This document shows, one piece after another, positions 38,714-49,434 of a DNA stretch of 64,000 bases. Within the stretch, counting starts at the first letter, position 1. Every line of letters begins with the position of its first letter. The stretch spans positions 12,797 through 76,796 of the forward strand of contig JAUYKW010000026.1 in the NCBI GenBank assembly GCA_030698395.1, read 5' to 3'. The position numbers and the translations under genes were made by a program. Below the pieces are notes generated by a model, which was given only the letters and a program-made list of their open reading frames with translations, did no database searches and had not been told where the DNA came from. This stretch comes from a bacterium. Lineage in GTDB: Bacteria > Patescibacteriota > Patescibacteriia > UBA9570.

Positions 38714-39787
38714 ATGATGAAAGCATTAAAACAATTCTACTACCTATATAGATGGCCACTCATAATAATGTTATCTATCTTTATACTATCGGTAATTTTA
38801 GGTATAGTTTTGCCCTCAGCTTGGAAACTAATCATGTTCGAATCTATTGCTGACAAGTTTGATCAAATTCTATCAGGTGCAACCAACGATCTTCATCTAA
38901 CCCAAAGAGTCTTCTTAAACAACTTAATGGTAAGTACAATTTTATATGCTTTAGGTTTTAGCGTAATTTTGCCAATCTTCATAATTATTAGCAATGGCAT
39001 AATGATAGGTATCTTCATTTCCTTACTAGTTCGAGCCGAAGCAATAATGCCAGGAGTTTTTACCAGCTCGATCATATCATTAATACCACATGGCATATTT
39101 GAACTTAGTGCATTTTTTATTGCAGGAGCATTAAGTATAATCGCTACTATCAAAGTTATATTTACAAAAATTGTTGAACCCACAAAATCACGCAAGTTTG
39201 TTCTCTATGAATCATTTATGCGTTTCTTTATTTTAGTCATGCCCCTACTAATTATCGCTGCTTTTGTTGAAGTCTATATATCAAACAACGTAAGAGAAGC
39301 ATATCTAAACTTAAACGCAAAACGTCATATTAACGATAAATTACAGGTAGCTATTAATCCAAAATTTATTTCCGATAAAAATTGTCATCCAAATACAAAA
39401 TCTAATGCATCAGAGGATGATAATGCTGGCACAAATCTTACTAGCATTGCCACTATTTTATATGATGAAGATATTAATGTTCAATTAAAAAAACGCAAAC
39501 AAGGGTCATATTGGAATACAAATTATAAATGTGATGATAATTTCTTTATCGCCATTCAAGTATGGTCTGGAGATTCTTGGAGTATAGATCAAGGAATTGA
39601 CTTGCAAAAAAAGATCTTAAACATCTCTAATGCGGATTTTAAAATAAGTAACTATAATACTAATAGGATTATATTAAACTCTGAAAATCCAGATAATAAA
39701 TCTATTATTGAATTTCTTGAATTAAACAATAAAGTTGTTATGTTGGAAGCACCTTACTTTGAAACAAATGAAATTATTTCTCAGTAA
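38714..39787 (+). CDS. SpoIIM/DUF95-family membrane protein with C-terminal extracytoplasmic domain
   Basis: IPHGIFELSAFFIAGALSI motif. Confidence 0.5.
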   Translation: MMKALKQFYYLYRWPLIIMLSIFILSVILGIVLPSAWKLIMFESIADKFDQILSGATNDLHLTQRVFLNNLMVSTILYALGFSVILPIFIIISNGIMIGIFISLLVRAEAIMPGVFTSSIISLIPHGIFELSAFFIAGALSIIATIKVIFTKIVEPTKSRKFVLYESFMRFFILVMPLLIIAAFVEVYISNNVREAYLNLNAKRHINDKLQVAINPKFISDKNCHPNTKSNASEDDNAGTNLTSIATILYDEDINVQLKKRKQGSYWNTNYKCDDNFFIAIQVWSGDSWSIDQGIDLQKKILNISNADFKISNYNTNRIILNSENPDNKSIIEFLELNNKVVMLEAPYFETNEIISQ

Positions 39788-39795
39788 ATTCTAGG

Positions 39796-41505
39796 TTAAA
39801 ATGATTGACGCTCTCGATATTCTGTAACTTTATCCGATAACCGCATTAATACACCGTCTCTTTGCTCTGATCCTAATTTATCAATAACTTGAGCATACTC
39901 TTCAACTTCACTCGGATTGTCAATACCGTTTCTTTCCAAATAATGTGAAAACTCTTGTCTAGCGATTAACTCATTTTCATTACCTTTCTGGTATTCATCT
40001 AGACGTATCCCTAACCTAACTAATACTTCATATAATCTAATTACTCTGATCGGGCGTGATAAAATATCTACTTCTTCAATAGATTCTCGCCGTAATTGTT
40101 TACTTAAAAAATCAAATGCTTCCTGATTTCTTTCTGTATGAGTTTTATTATTAGTAGATTCCTCAGCATGCTTGGCATAAGCATATAACAATTCCCTATC
40201 CACAATTGCTCTTGGTACTGAATTCATGTCATGACCATATTCAGCTAATATGGTTTCGTAAAACAATATACTATCTGCCGGTGATTTAAAATGTTCTTTG
40301 CCGAATTGTTGAGTATGCCACGCTAAAACTGATTGTGGATCACTATCAATTAATGAATTTGAAACATCAGAGCGAGAATTTGTAGTATCTACACCTATTA
40401 CGTCAACGCTATTATCTGGTTTTGCCAAAACAAACATACCCCTGGTATGTTTTGCATCACTTGCCTGAGCAACTGGGACATACAACAAACCACGATCTGC
40501 CAAATCAAACATTTCATTAGCTACCACCCAACTGCTAATATTAACCCTCTCAATATCTCTACATACACCTTTACGCTCGATCATTAACTCCTCGATAGTT
40601 AAATTCACATGACTGCTAGTTAGTTCTGGATCATAATCAGCGTAACCACTGGCTAATCTAGTATCGTAATCAAATTCAGATGCGGGGGTCTGTAATAAAA
40701 CCATCCACTGATAAGTTGTTAACCCCTCGAACGCTTCCAGACTATCAAGATCATTCCAACCGAATCTTTCCGCAGCACTACTCCATTCCTCCATCATTTG
40801 CGTCTGTACAAAATCAGGATTACCAAATTCCATATTTCCATACATTCCTGCATAAGATGGATACTCACCTGGTTCCATAATCCTTGGCTCGAAACCTCCG
40901 GAAGGTGTACCAACTAAAGCTGGTACATCAATAAGAGATTGACTATATTGTAAATCAAATACATCTTTATACATCTGAAATGTTGTGTTGTCTGGTACAT
41001 ACCACGCATCTTCTCTGGCCGGTAATTCTATATCCCAATTATGGGGTTTATTATAATCTTGAATAAATATTGAATATTCCCCAGCATTAATATCTACCTC
41101 TATCGCGCTTTCTCTTTCGATATAATTAATTGAACTTATAGCTTGTGCAGTGGATATTGTTTCTGCAGATCCTTTATCCATTCCTCTATTTTGAATAGTC
41201 AAAGCCGAAGCCATACCCAAAGAACCAATTACTGCTAATCCAGTAATCAACTGATTTAATCTAGCACGTGATATTGCTGGTAAATTAATTTCTGGTTGAG
41301 TATCAATATCATCATAAGAAGTGGGTGTCAAAAAAACACCAAGTGAATCATTAGCTCGTACCTCAAAATAACTATCCATCAAAGCGTGCATCACGTCTCC
41401 ATCGCTCGGCTCTAATAATTCAGCAGAAAAATGACGCCCTTGTTCAACACCACTACTATTATTTCCTTTATCTCTTTTATTTAATCTGTCTGGTGATATT
41501 GGCAT
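39796..41505 (-). CDS. large membrane-anchored hypothetical protein; possible transglutaminase-like Cys-protease core
   Basis: RKGVCRDIERV ... AKHTRGMFV ... D spacing resembles a Cys-His-Asp transglutaminase-like core. This is tentative. Confidence 0.4.
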   Translation of the reverse strand: MPISPDRLNKRDKGNNSSGVEQGRHFSAELLEPSDGDVMHALMDSYFEVRANDSLGVFLTPTSYDDIDTQPEINLPAISRARLNQLITGLAVIGSLGMASALTIQNRGMDKGSAETISTAQAISSINYIERESAIEVDINAGEYSIFIQDYNKPHNWDIELPAREDAWYVPDNTTFQMYKDVFDLQYSQSLIDVPALVGTPSGGFEPRIMEPGEYPSYAGMYGNMEFGNPDFVQTQMMEEWSSAAERFGWNDLDSLEAFEGLTTYQWMVLLQTPASEFDYDTRLASGYADYDPELTSSHVNLTIEELMIERKGVCRDIERVNISSWVVANEMFDLADRGLLYVPVAQASDAKHTRGMFVLAKPDNSVDVIGVDTTNSRSDVSNSLIDSDPQSVLAWHTQQFGKEHFKSPADSILFYETILAEYGHDMNSVPRAIVDRELLYAYAKHAEESTNNKTHTERNQEAFDFLSKQLRRESIEEVDILSRPIRVIRLYEVLVRLGIRLDEYQKGNENELIARQEFSHYLERNGIDNPSEVEEYAQVIDKLGSEQRDGVLMRLSDKVTEYRERQSF

Positions 41506-41772
41506 ATTTTTACTTCTGGCTTATAAAAATAACTAGACAAGATACACTTTTAATACATAAATGTCAATTCCTTTCTAACCACTATATTATATCAACTTGA
41601 CCAGAAAATATACATCGTGTAGTATTTTTAAGCTGATTATACAGCGTGGCCCGTTCGCCCGCCTGCAACGCTTTGCGTAGCGTAGCGTAGCAATGCGGGC
41701 AGGTCTAGTTAATCCTTTCGCAACAATTCATAATTAAATTACGTTTTGTTGTGAACGGATTAGAGCAAAAAT

Positions 41773-42018
41773 ATGTTCTATACTTACGTTCTAAAAAGCC
41801 ATAAAGACGGAAAGCTATACATCGGATGGACAAATAACCTCCAACTACGTATAAAACTCCATAACTATGGTAAAGTGAAATCAACCAAAAATCGCAGACC
41901 TTTAAATCTAGTTTATTATGAAGCTTGTCTAAATAAGACAAACGCAATTGCGAGAGAAAAAGCTCTGAAGACTGGTTTCGGAAGGTCGTATTTAAAAAAA
42001 CGGATAAGCGATTTATAA
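41773..42018 (+). CDS. GIY-YIG nuclease-family small protein
   Basis: YTYVLKSHKDGKLYIGWTNNLQLRIKLHN GIY-YIG signature. It ends 3 nt before tRNA-Glu. Confidence 0.75.
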   Translation: MFYTYVLKSHKDGKLYIGWTNNLQLRIKLHNYGKVKSTKNRRPLNLVYYEACLNKTNAIAREKALKTGFGRSYLKKRISDL

Positions 42019-42021
42019 CAT

Positions 42022-42093
42022 GGCCCGTTCGTCTAGTGGTTAGGACATCAGGTTTTCATCCTGAAAACAGGGGTTCAATTCCCCTACGGGCTA
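42022..42093 (+). tRNA. tRNA-Glu (anticodon TTC)
   Basis: Acceptor GGCCCGT/ACGGGCT (G1-U72), anticodon loop UUUUCAU, T-loop TTCAATT. Confidence 0.75.
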
Positions 42094-42190
42094 CATGGAA
42101 AAATTCACGTCTGAAAGACGTGGATTTTTATTAAATTGGATTTTTTCTCTTACCTATGTTACTGTCTTTATGATTAGCATAAGCACTGAA

Positions 42191-42901
42191 ATGAAACGTA
42201 TTACTAAACATTCTCTATCATTTACCCTTGTTCTCAGTCTTCTGTGGATTCCTTTTATTACTCAAGCAAATGTAATTCCTGTTGATGGCCCAACTTGGTA
42301 TCCTCAAATACAAGTTACCATAGATGATGAACCTATTGATAACTCATATGTACTCCGACTAGCACATCCATATCCTTCTACTAACGCAAAAGGTGTAACT
42401 AAAATAGGTTACGAACGTAAAGTTATGCGTTGCGATCAAGGTTTATGTTTCATTTTTCCATATGCCAAATATGATGATGAAAAGCCAAAATACTATGTAG
42501 AAAAACTCTCCAAACAAGTTCCAGAGAGCGCTATTGAAGATTTTGTTCATATAGATAAAGGTTTCTACAAAAAACAAAAAAACACTATCGAAGAAACTTA
42601 TGATGTAACCGAACAATTACAGAACCTAGATTTTGATAAGCAATATCTATTATCAGTAGATTCTCTTTCTGGATTTAGTAAAGTTGAAAATCAAAATTTC
42701 CATGACAATCCTCTATACAAAGAGTACAAAGATATGTATCAAGGCCAGTTAAGAGATAGTGTTTTTTCAATCATCGGCCTATTCCTAAAATCCTTTGGCA
42801 TACCAATATTTGTTATTCTAGTAATCATCTTTGGAATACTCACATATACTAGTAAACGTAGAGCAGATAAAAAGAATAAAGATAAAAAAGGCTCTCTATA
42901 A
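42191..42901 (+). CDS. secreted protein with C-terminal TM anchor, unknown function
   Basis: Signal peptide MKRITKHSLSFTLVLSLLWIPFITQA. The ORF-track start at 42095 overlaps the tRNA and is rejected. Confidence 0.5.
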   Translation: MKRITKHSLSFTLVLSLLWIPFITQANVIPVDGPTWYPQIQVTIDDEPIDNSYVLRLAHPYPSTNAKGVTKIGYERKVMRCDQGLCFIFPYAKYDDEKPKYYVEKLSKQVPESAIEDFVHIDKGFYKKQKNTIEETYDVTEQLQNLDFDKQYLLSVDSLSGFSKVENQNFHDNPLYKEYKDMYQGQLRDSVFSIIGLFLKSFGIPIFVILVIIFGILTYTSKRRADKKNKDKKGSL

Positions 42902-43036
42902 TTTTTTTCATCTGTTTTAACTACAACATATCACTTTTTTTGTTCTCTTTCTACGAAGAGAAAATCATATAAATTGATTAAATAACTGTTAGAATGTTAT
43001 ACTTTTTATAATTATTATTGCTAAATAAAAACTAAT

Positions 43037-44953
43037 ATGAGAAAATTTTTCTTCTACCTCATAAGCATTTCAATAGGACTATTTGCGTTTACAGCATCTG
43101 CACAAGCAGCTGCAACGCTAAATGGTACCATACACGATATTAATGGCGATGTTATCACAGGTACATCTTGCGTAACATATACAGTTTCTGGAACGGATAC
43201 TGACACAGGAACCATAACTACTAATGGTACTTTTAGCGCAACGGTAAATGGTGGTGAAATATATACGATTGCATTTAGTTCAGCCACAACAGACTGTATT
43301 CCAGTAGAGCGAACACAACGCTCTTATTATTTGACGAACGGGAATACAATAGATGATAATTTCTATTTGGATGTTCCCGAAAGAAGAGGAAGAATTCGTG
43401 GAAAAGTCGTAAATGCCAGAAAAGATAATGTACCTATCGATGACATAGAAGTTAGAATCTATGGTGAAGACGCAGAAGAAATAACATCCAACTACAATAC
43501 AACTACAAATAGTACAGGTAATTTTAATACAACAGTACCTGTTGGCAATTACGACATTGTTATTAAAGTAAATAATGATAAACCATGTCCTTTAGAATCT
43601 GATAGTGAGCTATGGTTCGAAACTAAATGTTATGATTACGTATTACTAGACCAAGAAATTTCTGCTGGTGAAGATCTTAATTTAGGAACAGTTAACTTCA
43701 CCGGTGGTGATGATTTAACAGTTTTCTATATAACGAAACGTAATAGTCAGGGAAATTTTGACTACATTAACTTTGATCAACTATATGTAATAGCTCACTC
43801 AAATTCTGGTAAGCTTATTCAATATGCAACTAGTGGTGCAACTCTTCTTGGTAATACCGCCTTTGGACGTATCATACAATCCGACACACAACCTTATGCA
43901 AGCTTTGTCCTAGATGCTGATGAAGATTGGACATTTGATGCTTTCGCTATCGAAGGAACAAAAGCATATCACGGTGTCTTATCTTTAAATGCAGAGCAAA
44001 TCCCAGAAGTTGATTGGACAGAACCAAGATTGAATGAACCCAATCAAAGAGGAAATGCAGGACAAGCAGACATTCTTGTTAGTGAAGTTTACACCTACGA
44101 TGCTACTGCAGGAGTTGATGTAACGTTTAATTCAACTACGGCTAGAACAATAAATTCTAGCGATGGTCTACCAACTGGTACTGAAGTAGTGATACCTGCT
44201 TATGCAATTGATGATGGTGGAAATGTAAATGTTGTCATGGAACCAGCGTTCGATATCCTTACACCTCAATATCCACTTAATGGCTTCTCCTGGAATTTAA
44301 CAGCTTATGACAACATTAATGAAACTGTTAGCGAATTCAACAGACCAATCACTATCACTTTACCTTATGATGAAGCAGAACTTGTGGTATTAGGAGTTAA
44401 TGAAAGCGATGTTCAGCCTTGGTACTATAATGAAACTTCTGAAAGATGGAAAAGAGTTCCAACACCAAATGTAACTGTTGATACTGTGGCTAATACAGTA
44501 ACATTTACAACTTATCATTTTTCTCAATATGGTTTACTAGCAGACCGAATAACAGACTTGGATATCGAATACACAATGGGTAATGCAAAAAAGCAAGTTC
44601 GCGCTACACCCAGAAAAGTACGCAAAGTCCGCATAGATGAACTTACGTATGATGCCGTTAATAATAACGTAAAGATGAGAGTTTCCTGGCAGCACAAAAA
44701 AAGAAATAATGGTTATTTAGTAGATGTTATTAAAGTAAATAGCAATGACAGGGTTGTTAGAAAAAATAAAGAAAGAAATAAAAAAACCAAACTGGACAAA
44801 AGAATGCATGTCAAATTTAAAAACAGTTCTGGTTTAAAAACAAATAAAACCTACAGATTAAGAGTGAAAGCATATAAATGGGTTCATAGTAAATATATAT
44901 ACGGCAAGTGGAGTAAAAAGATAAAATTCCATACACCGGAAAAACCAGTATAA
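43037..44953 (+). CDS. large secreted Thr/Asn-rich surface protein with C-terminal basic FN3-like region
   Basis: Signal peptide ending ASAQAA and repetitive beta-rich composition. Confidence 0.55.
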   Translation: MRKFFFYLISISIGLFAFTASAQAAATLNGTIHDINGDVITGTSCVTYTVSGTDTDTGTITTNGTFSATVNGGEIYTIAFSSATTDCIPVERTQRSYYLTNGNTIDDNFYLDVPERRGRIRGKVVNARKDNVPIDDIEVRIYGEDAEEITSNYNTTTNSTGNFNTTVPVGNYDIVIKVNNDKPCPLESDSELWFETKCYDYVLLDQEISAGEDLNLGTVNFTGGDDLTVFYITKRNSQGNFDYINFDQLYVIAHSNSGKLIQYATSGATLLGNTAFGRIIQSDTQPYASFVLDADEDWTFDAFAIEGTKAYHGVLSLNAEQIPEVDWTEPRLNEPNQRGNAGQADILVSEVYTYDATAGVDVTFNSTTARTINSSDGLPTGTEVVIPAYAIDDGGNVNVVMEPAFDILTPQYPLNGFSWNLTAYDNINETVSEFNRPITITLPYDEAELVVLGVNESDVQPWYYNETSERWKRVPTPNVTVDTVANTVTFTTYHFSQYGLLADRITDLDIEYTMGNAKKQVRATPRKVRKVRIDELTYDAVNNNVKMRVSWQHKKRNNGYLVDVIKVNSNDRVVRKNKERNKKTKLDKRMHVKFKNSSGLKTNKTYRLRVKAYKWVHSKYIYGKWSKKIKFHTPEKPV

Positions 44954-45048
44954 GAGAATAAATAAAGAGGTGTCTAAAATAGTCACCTCTTTTGTTACCA
45001 AAAAAAATATCCTTGCATTAATTATCGAGGATCAGTATAATATATTTA

Positions 45049-45591
45049 ATGGCGACTAAACATAAAGAGTTCAAAAATAAAATAAAAGATCTACAAACGG
45101 AGGACTTCGAGCATCCAGAAGATTTTTTTAGTCGTGCGCATGAACTAAACGAATCCAGCGCTCAACCAGGAACTCTATATACAGACGAAACTCCACCATC
45201 TCAAAGATTAACCAATGCAGATGAAATGTGGATTGATGCTAGCAATGAAGGCTATGAAGGGCAACTTGCTATTGATGTTTACCAAGACGACAAATTTTTA
45301 TATGTAAAAGCAATCGTTGGCGGTGTACCACCAGATGATATTGAAATACACCTAAACAATGATATGTTAACAATCAAAGGAAAACGATCTCAGCCTGATA
45401 TGGGTATAGACCCAGAGAATTATTATATTCAAGAATGTTACTGGGGTGGTTTCTCTAGATCCGTAATCCTACCTGTAGATATCCAAAACGAACAAGTTGA
45501 AGCAATTACAGAGAATGGTGTACTCACAATTACTCTACCAAAATCAAATCGACCAAAAAACGCAAGAATTCCGATTAAGGAAATAAAGTAG
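45049..45591 (+). CDS. Hsp20/alpha-crystallin small heat-shock protein
   Basis: Alpha-crystallin domain with the GVLTITLPK C-terminal motif. Confidence 0.85.
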   Translation: MATKHKEFKNKIKDLQTEDFEHPEDFFSRAHELNESSAQPGTLYTDETPPSQRLTNADEMWIDASNEGYEGQLAIDVYQDDKFLYVKAIVGGVPPDDIEIHLNNDMLTIKGKRSQPDMGIDPENYYIQECYWGGFSRSVILPVDIQNEQVEAITENGVLTITLPKSNRPKNARIPIKEIK

Positions 45592-45747
45592 CAATCGTTT
45601 AGAACCAGGAGGGTACAAAGATTAATATTTTGTTAACGAGCGCTGTGTCGAAATGCATACTGCGCTATTTAATATTGACGTTTTTCCCGATTACTGGTAA
45701 ACAGGTCTAGTTACAAATAATAATAAATACAGAAAGTGTAAAAAATA

Positions 45748-47784
45748 ATGACAAATCAAGAATCAAAAAAGAAACAACCTCCAGTTGATGAGAAGAAATC
45801 TACAGAAAAAAAGGTTATTGAAGAACAACCTACAGAAAAAACATCTCCTGAAAAAAAGAAATTCCCTATCAAAAAAACTCTTGGCATTATCGCCGGAAGC
45901 ATCGTCGTGCTTATACTACTTATTATTGTTGGTTATTTTATTTATGAATACACCTACCAAGATAAAATTTATCCAGGCGTAACGTTAAACAATGAAGACA
46001 TGTCTGGAAAAACCTATTCAGACATAACTAGTGAAATAAATACCTATAAAGCATCATTAGATAATACAGGTTTAAATTTTAGCTACGAAGAAAAAGAATA
46101 TTCTATCAAACCACAAACAAAGGATGAAGAAAGTGGTGATATTATGTATTTAGTTAATATTAATACTGACGAAACAGCACAGGCAATATATGGTATAGGT
46201 AGAAGCGATGATGAGCAAACAAATCTAAAAAACAAAGTTAGTGCTTTATTTGGTGGGTATGACGTTACACCAAATTATTCTGTAGATAAAGAAACACTGA
46301 TAGCGTTATTGAGTAACGAATTCAGTGAATTCGAACAACCAGATGAAAATGCTAAACTTAGTTTTTCAGAAAACGGTGAAATACAAATTAGTGACCATAA
46401 AGATGGCTACACTTTTGATTGGGAATCATATCTGGATGAAGTGGAAAGCAATTTAAACAGTTTTGAACCTGTTAATATTAAGCTAGAACTTACTGCTAAT
46501 CCTGCACCAATTACTACGGAAACTGCCGAAAATATGCGTACCGAAATTGAGGCTATCTCAGATCTCTCTCCAATAACACTTACTTATGAAGATCAAACAT
46601 TTGAAATTGAAAGTGAAGAATTTAATTCTTGGTTAATGCTCACAGAAAATGGAGTTAGTTTTGATGAAGAACTTGTTGATTCATCACTCGATACTATTGC
46701 AGGTAAAATTGATATTCCCGTTAAAGAAGGACGCTTTAGCTTAGACATAGTAAACGATGTGGTGGAACTAACTCAATTCGAAGAAGGCGCTGATGGACTG
46801 GAAGTAAATATCGAAAAAACCATTACAGAAGTAAACGCATCAATTCTTGATAATAAACAAAGTAAATCAGAGCTTATAGTTGAAGTGACAACTCCCCGCG
46901 TAACACCAGGCAACCTAAACGAACTAGGAGTTAAAGAAATCTTAGGAACCGGAACTACTAGCTTTGCCGGAAGCCCATATAACCGTATTGGTAATATTCA
47001 AAAAGGTGCAGATTTATTAAATGGTTTGTTAATAGCCCCTGGAGAAACTTTCTCATTAATGAAATTACTATCACCAGTTGATATTGCTCATGGTTGGCTT
47101 TCAGAATTAGTTATTAAAGGAGATAAATTGGAAAAAGAAGCTGGCGGTGGGCTATGCCAGATTGGTACAACGGTTTTTAGAGCAACTATGATGTCTGGAT
47201 TAGAAGTAGTAGAACGACGTAATCATTCTTGGGCAGTATCATATTATAATTACAATGGAAAAGCTGGAGTTGATGCAACCATTTATGAACCATCTCCTGA
47301 TTATAAATTTAAAAATGATACTGAAAATTATATATTGATCCGTAGTAGAATAGAAGGTAGTGATATATACTTTGAATTCTGGGGTACATCTGATGGTAGA
47401 AAAGGTAGCTTTACTGAGCCTACAAACTACGGCTATGTATATCCTGGTCCAACCGAAGAAATAGTTGATCCTAGTTTACCGCCGGGTGCCAGAAATTGTC
47501 CTACTCATGCTTTTACCGGAGTTAGCGCATCATTTGATTATATTATTGAACGTCCAGATGGTTCCATAGACACAACTAATTACACTAGTGTATACAAATC
47601 ACGATCTGCCGTGTGTATGGTTGGTCCAGAAGCTGAAAAAACACCTACTGAAGAAACTACTCAAGATATTACTGAAACAGTCGACACAACGACTCCAGTT
47701 GTAACTCCGGAAGTTGATGTTCCTACCGAAACAACAAAAGATACAACTAAGAAAGATACGACAAAAAAGAAAAAGAAGAATTAA
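45748..47784 (+). CDS. VanW-domain protein with N-terminal TM anchor
   Basis: GGGLCQIGTTVFRA VanW signature. Confidence 0.7.
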   Translation: MTNQESKKKQPPVDEKKSTEKKVIEEQPTEKTSPEKKKFPIKKTLGIIAGSIVVLILLIIVGYFIYEYTYQDKIYPGVTLNNEDMSGKTYSDITSEINTYKASLDNTGLNFSYEEKEYSIKPQTKDEESGDIMYLVNINTDETAQAIYGIGRSDDEQTNLKNKVSALFGGYDVTPNYSVDKETLIALLSNEFSEFEQPDENAKLSFSENGEIQISDHKDGYTFDWESYLDEVESNLNSFEPVNIKLELTANPAPITTETAENMRTEIEAISDLSPITLTYEDQTFEIESEEFNSWLMLTENGVSFDEELVDSSLDTIAGKIDIPVKEGRFSLDIVNDVVELTQFEEGADGLEVNIEKTITEVNASILDNKQSKSELIVEVTTPRVTPGNLNELGVKEILGTGTTSFAGSPYNRIGNIQKGADLLNGLLIAPGETFSLMKLLSPVDIAHGWLSELVIKGDKLEKEAGGGLCQIGTTVFRATMMSGLEVVERRNHSWAVSYYNYNGKAGVDATIYEPSPDYKFKNDTENYILIRSRIEGSDIYFEFWGTSDGRKGSFTEPTNYGYVYPGPTEEIVDPSLPPGARNCPTHAFTGVSASFDYIIERPDGSIDTTNYTSVYKSRSAVCMVGPEAEKTPTEETTQDITETVDTTTPVVTPEVDVPTETTKDTTKKDTTKKKKKN

Positions 47785-47842
47785 TCATAAACAAAATCGT
47801 ATCTACTATTTATTGTGTCGTTTTTAATTTTTAGTTTCAAAA

Positions 47843-47957
47843 ATCCCCGAAGTCTGTAGGCAAGAGAACTTGCGGAAGGGATGCATAGAGCTTGCGCCTT
47901 ATATATCCTTCCTACACGTTCCCATGCTCGTCGTGCCTACAGGAGTCAGGGATTTTT
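47843..47957 (+). repeat. large nested inverted-repeat element (24-nt arms AAAAATCCCCGAAGTCTGTAGGCA / TGCCTACAGGAGTCAGGGATTTTT) ending in a U-run
   Basis: Arms pair with 3 mismatches. An inner GGAAGGGAT...ATCCTTCC hairpin is present. It sits at the left edge of the largest high-GC island. Confidence 0.4.
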
Positions 47958-48193
47958 GCTTTTAAATTTATGCCGATCGAATACAAATTATTCAAACGAC
48001 CAAATAGTATAGCGGACTCTTGCCTATTTGTCAAGAGGTATGATAAAGCCAAGCATCAATAATGTACGTATTTAAGCTAACATTAGCAAAATTCTATGTT
48101 TTTAAACTCTTTATAAGAACGTATCAATAAATACGAACTTGACTCATATCTAGTTATTCACTACGGTGATGGTCCGGTTGCACTCATAGCTAT

Positions 48194-48721
48194 GTGTGCG
48201 ATGACTGGGCCTTGAAAAACACTCACGAAGCCACTGTGCTTCTAGCGGAGACGAAATTGCAGACCGACGCCCCAACCCCTGACCTCACCCCCCGCCCTCA
48301 GAACTCTACGAAGACGCTCCCGACCGCACAGATCATCGCCGAAATCGTGATGGCTACTGGCGAAGACCGCAACCGCCTCGTGGTCATGCTGGCCATCGAG
48401 ATCGAGCTCCGGCGGATCGCGTACGAGCTGCTCACGCTCGCGCCGAACAAGATCCACGACGTCGGACAGCTGACCCCCTGCTTGGAACAGGCCGAAGCAC
48501 TGGACGAACTGATCCTCAAGCACCAGCTCGATGAGCGTGTGACCGACGTGATCGTACTGCTCGATGAGCGTGTGACCGACTCGTCAACCATCATCCGGGC
48601 CGCGAACATGCTCGCCCAGGCCGCGAACCGGATCGCGACGCAGGCCAAGGAGGTGGCGGATGATCTGCGCAAGGATCGCCTCAAGCCCCCCGAGCCGTTC
48701 GTAGCGATCAACGGCTGCTGA
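48194..48721 (+). CDS. high-GC hypothetical helical protein, member A of a tandem paralog trio
   Basis: DRNRLVVMLAIEIELRRIA segment is shared with member B. It contains a 21-bp direct duplication (LDERVTD twice). Confidence 0.45.
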   Translation: MCDDWALKNTHEATVLLAETKLQTDAPTPDLTPRPQNSTKTLPTAQIIAEIVMATGEDRNRLVVMLAIEIELRRIAYELLTLAPNKIHDVGQLTPCLEQAEALDELILKHQLDERVTDVIVLLDERVTDSSTIIRAANMLAQAANRIATQAKEVADDLRKDRLKPPEPFVAINGC

Positions 48722-49002
48722 CTCACAAGTCAACCGGACAGGAGGAGTTCCGGACGAAATCACACTAGCAGGCATGGTAGCAATACCCACCCGCAAAGAG
48801 ATCTCGTCCGGTACCCCGCACACAATCTTTTTCAACATCTTCAACTTATTTCATCTATTCCAAGACGCGATAAATCGCGTCTTTACTCTTTTTCAATACA
48901 TACTGCCCTTGACTTTAGGGTCTTTTTTTACTACGGTTGTAGCCTGGTCGCAAGCAAATGTAACCAGATTCCACTGAAACTCTCACCTCCAAAGGAGCAG
49001 AA

Positions 49003-49434
49003 ATGCGCCTTCCCTCCGCGGCAAGCACCATGCTTCGCTGTCACCGCCTTCTCGCCAAGATCGAGCTCACCGACCACAACCGCACCCTGCAGTTGTGTGC
49101 CATCCCGGCACTTCAGGTGGAGCTCTACCGCATTGCGTCTATGATGACGCGACGCGAAGATGTGAGACCTGAACAGGTTCACAAGATTCTCAAGGAGATT
49201 CGCGATATCGTGACTCTCGCCGAAACGCACCAAATGCTGATCGGCAATACGAATGAAATCGAAGATCTCCTCAACCAAGCTGAGGTCCGCGAACTGGCAT
49301 GGTCCGTTGTTCGGCACCTGGTCACCAATGCGATCGATGCATTGGACCTGTACGCTGATCAACTGGACGCCGACGTGGACGTCGAGCTACTGAGTATCGG
49401 CATGATGGCACTCGCTCCGAGTGTCCACGCCTGA
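49003..49434 (+). CDS. high-GC hypothetical helical protein, member B of the paralog trio
   Basis: DHNRTLQLCAIPALQVELYRIA aligns with member A. Confidence 0.45.
   Translation: MRLPSAASTMLRCHRLLAKIELTDHNRTLQLCAIPALQVELYRIASMMTRREDVRPEQVHKILKEIRDIVTLAETHQMLIGNTNEIEDLLNQAEVRELAWSVVRHLVTNAIDALDLYADQLDADVDVELLSIGMMALAPSVHA

Noticed and set aside
42095-42190. Upstream start of the 42095 ORF
   Set aside because: It would begin 2 nt after the tRNA-Glu 3' end. The internal Met at 42191 gives a textbook signal peptide.
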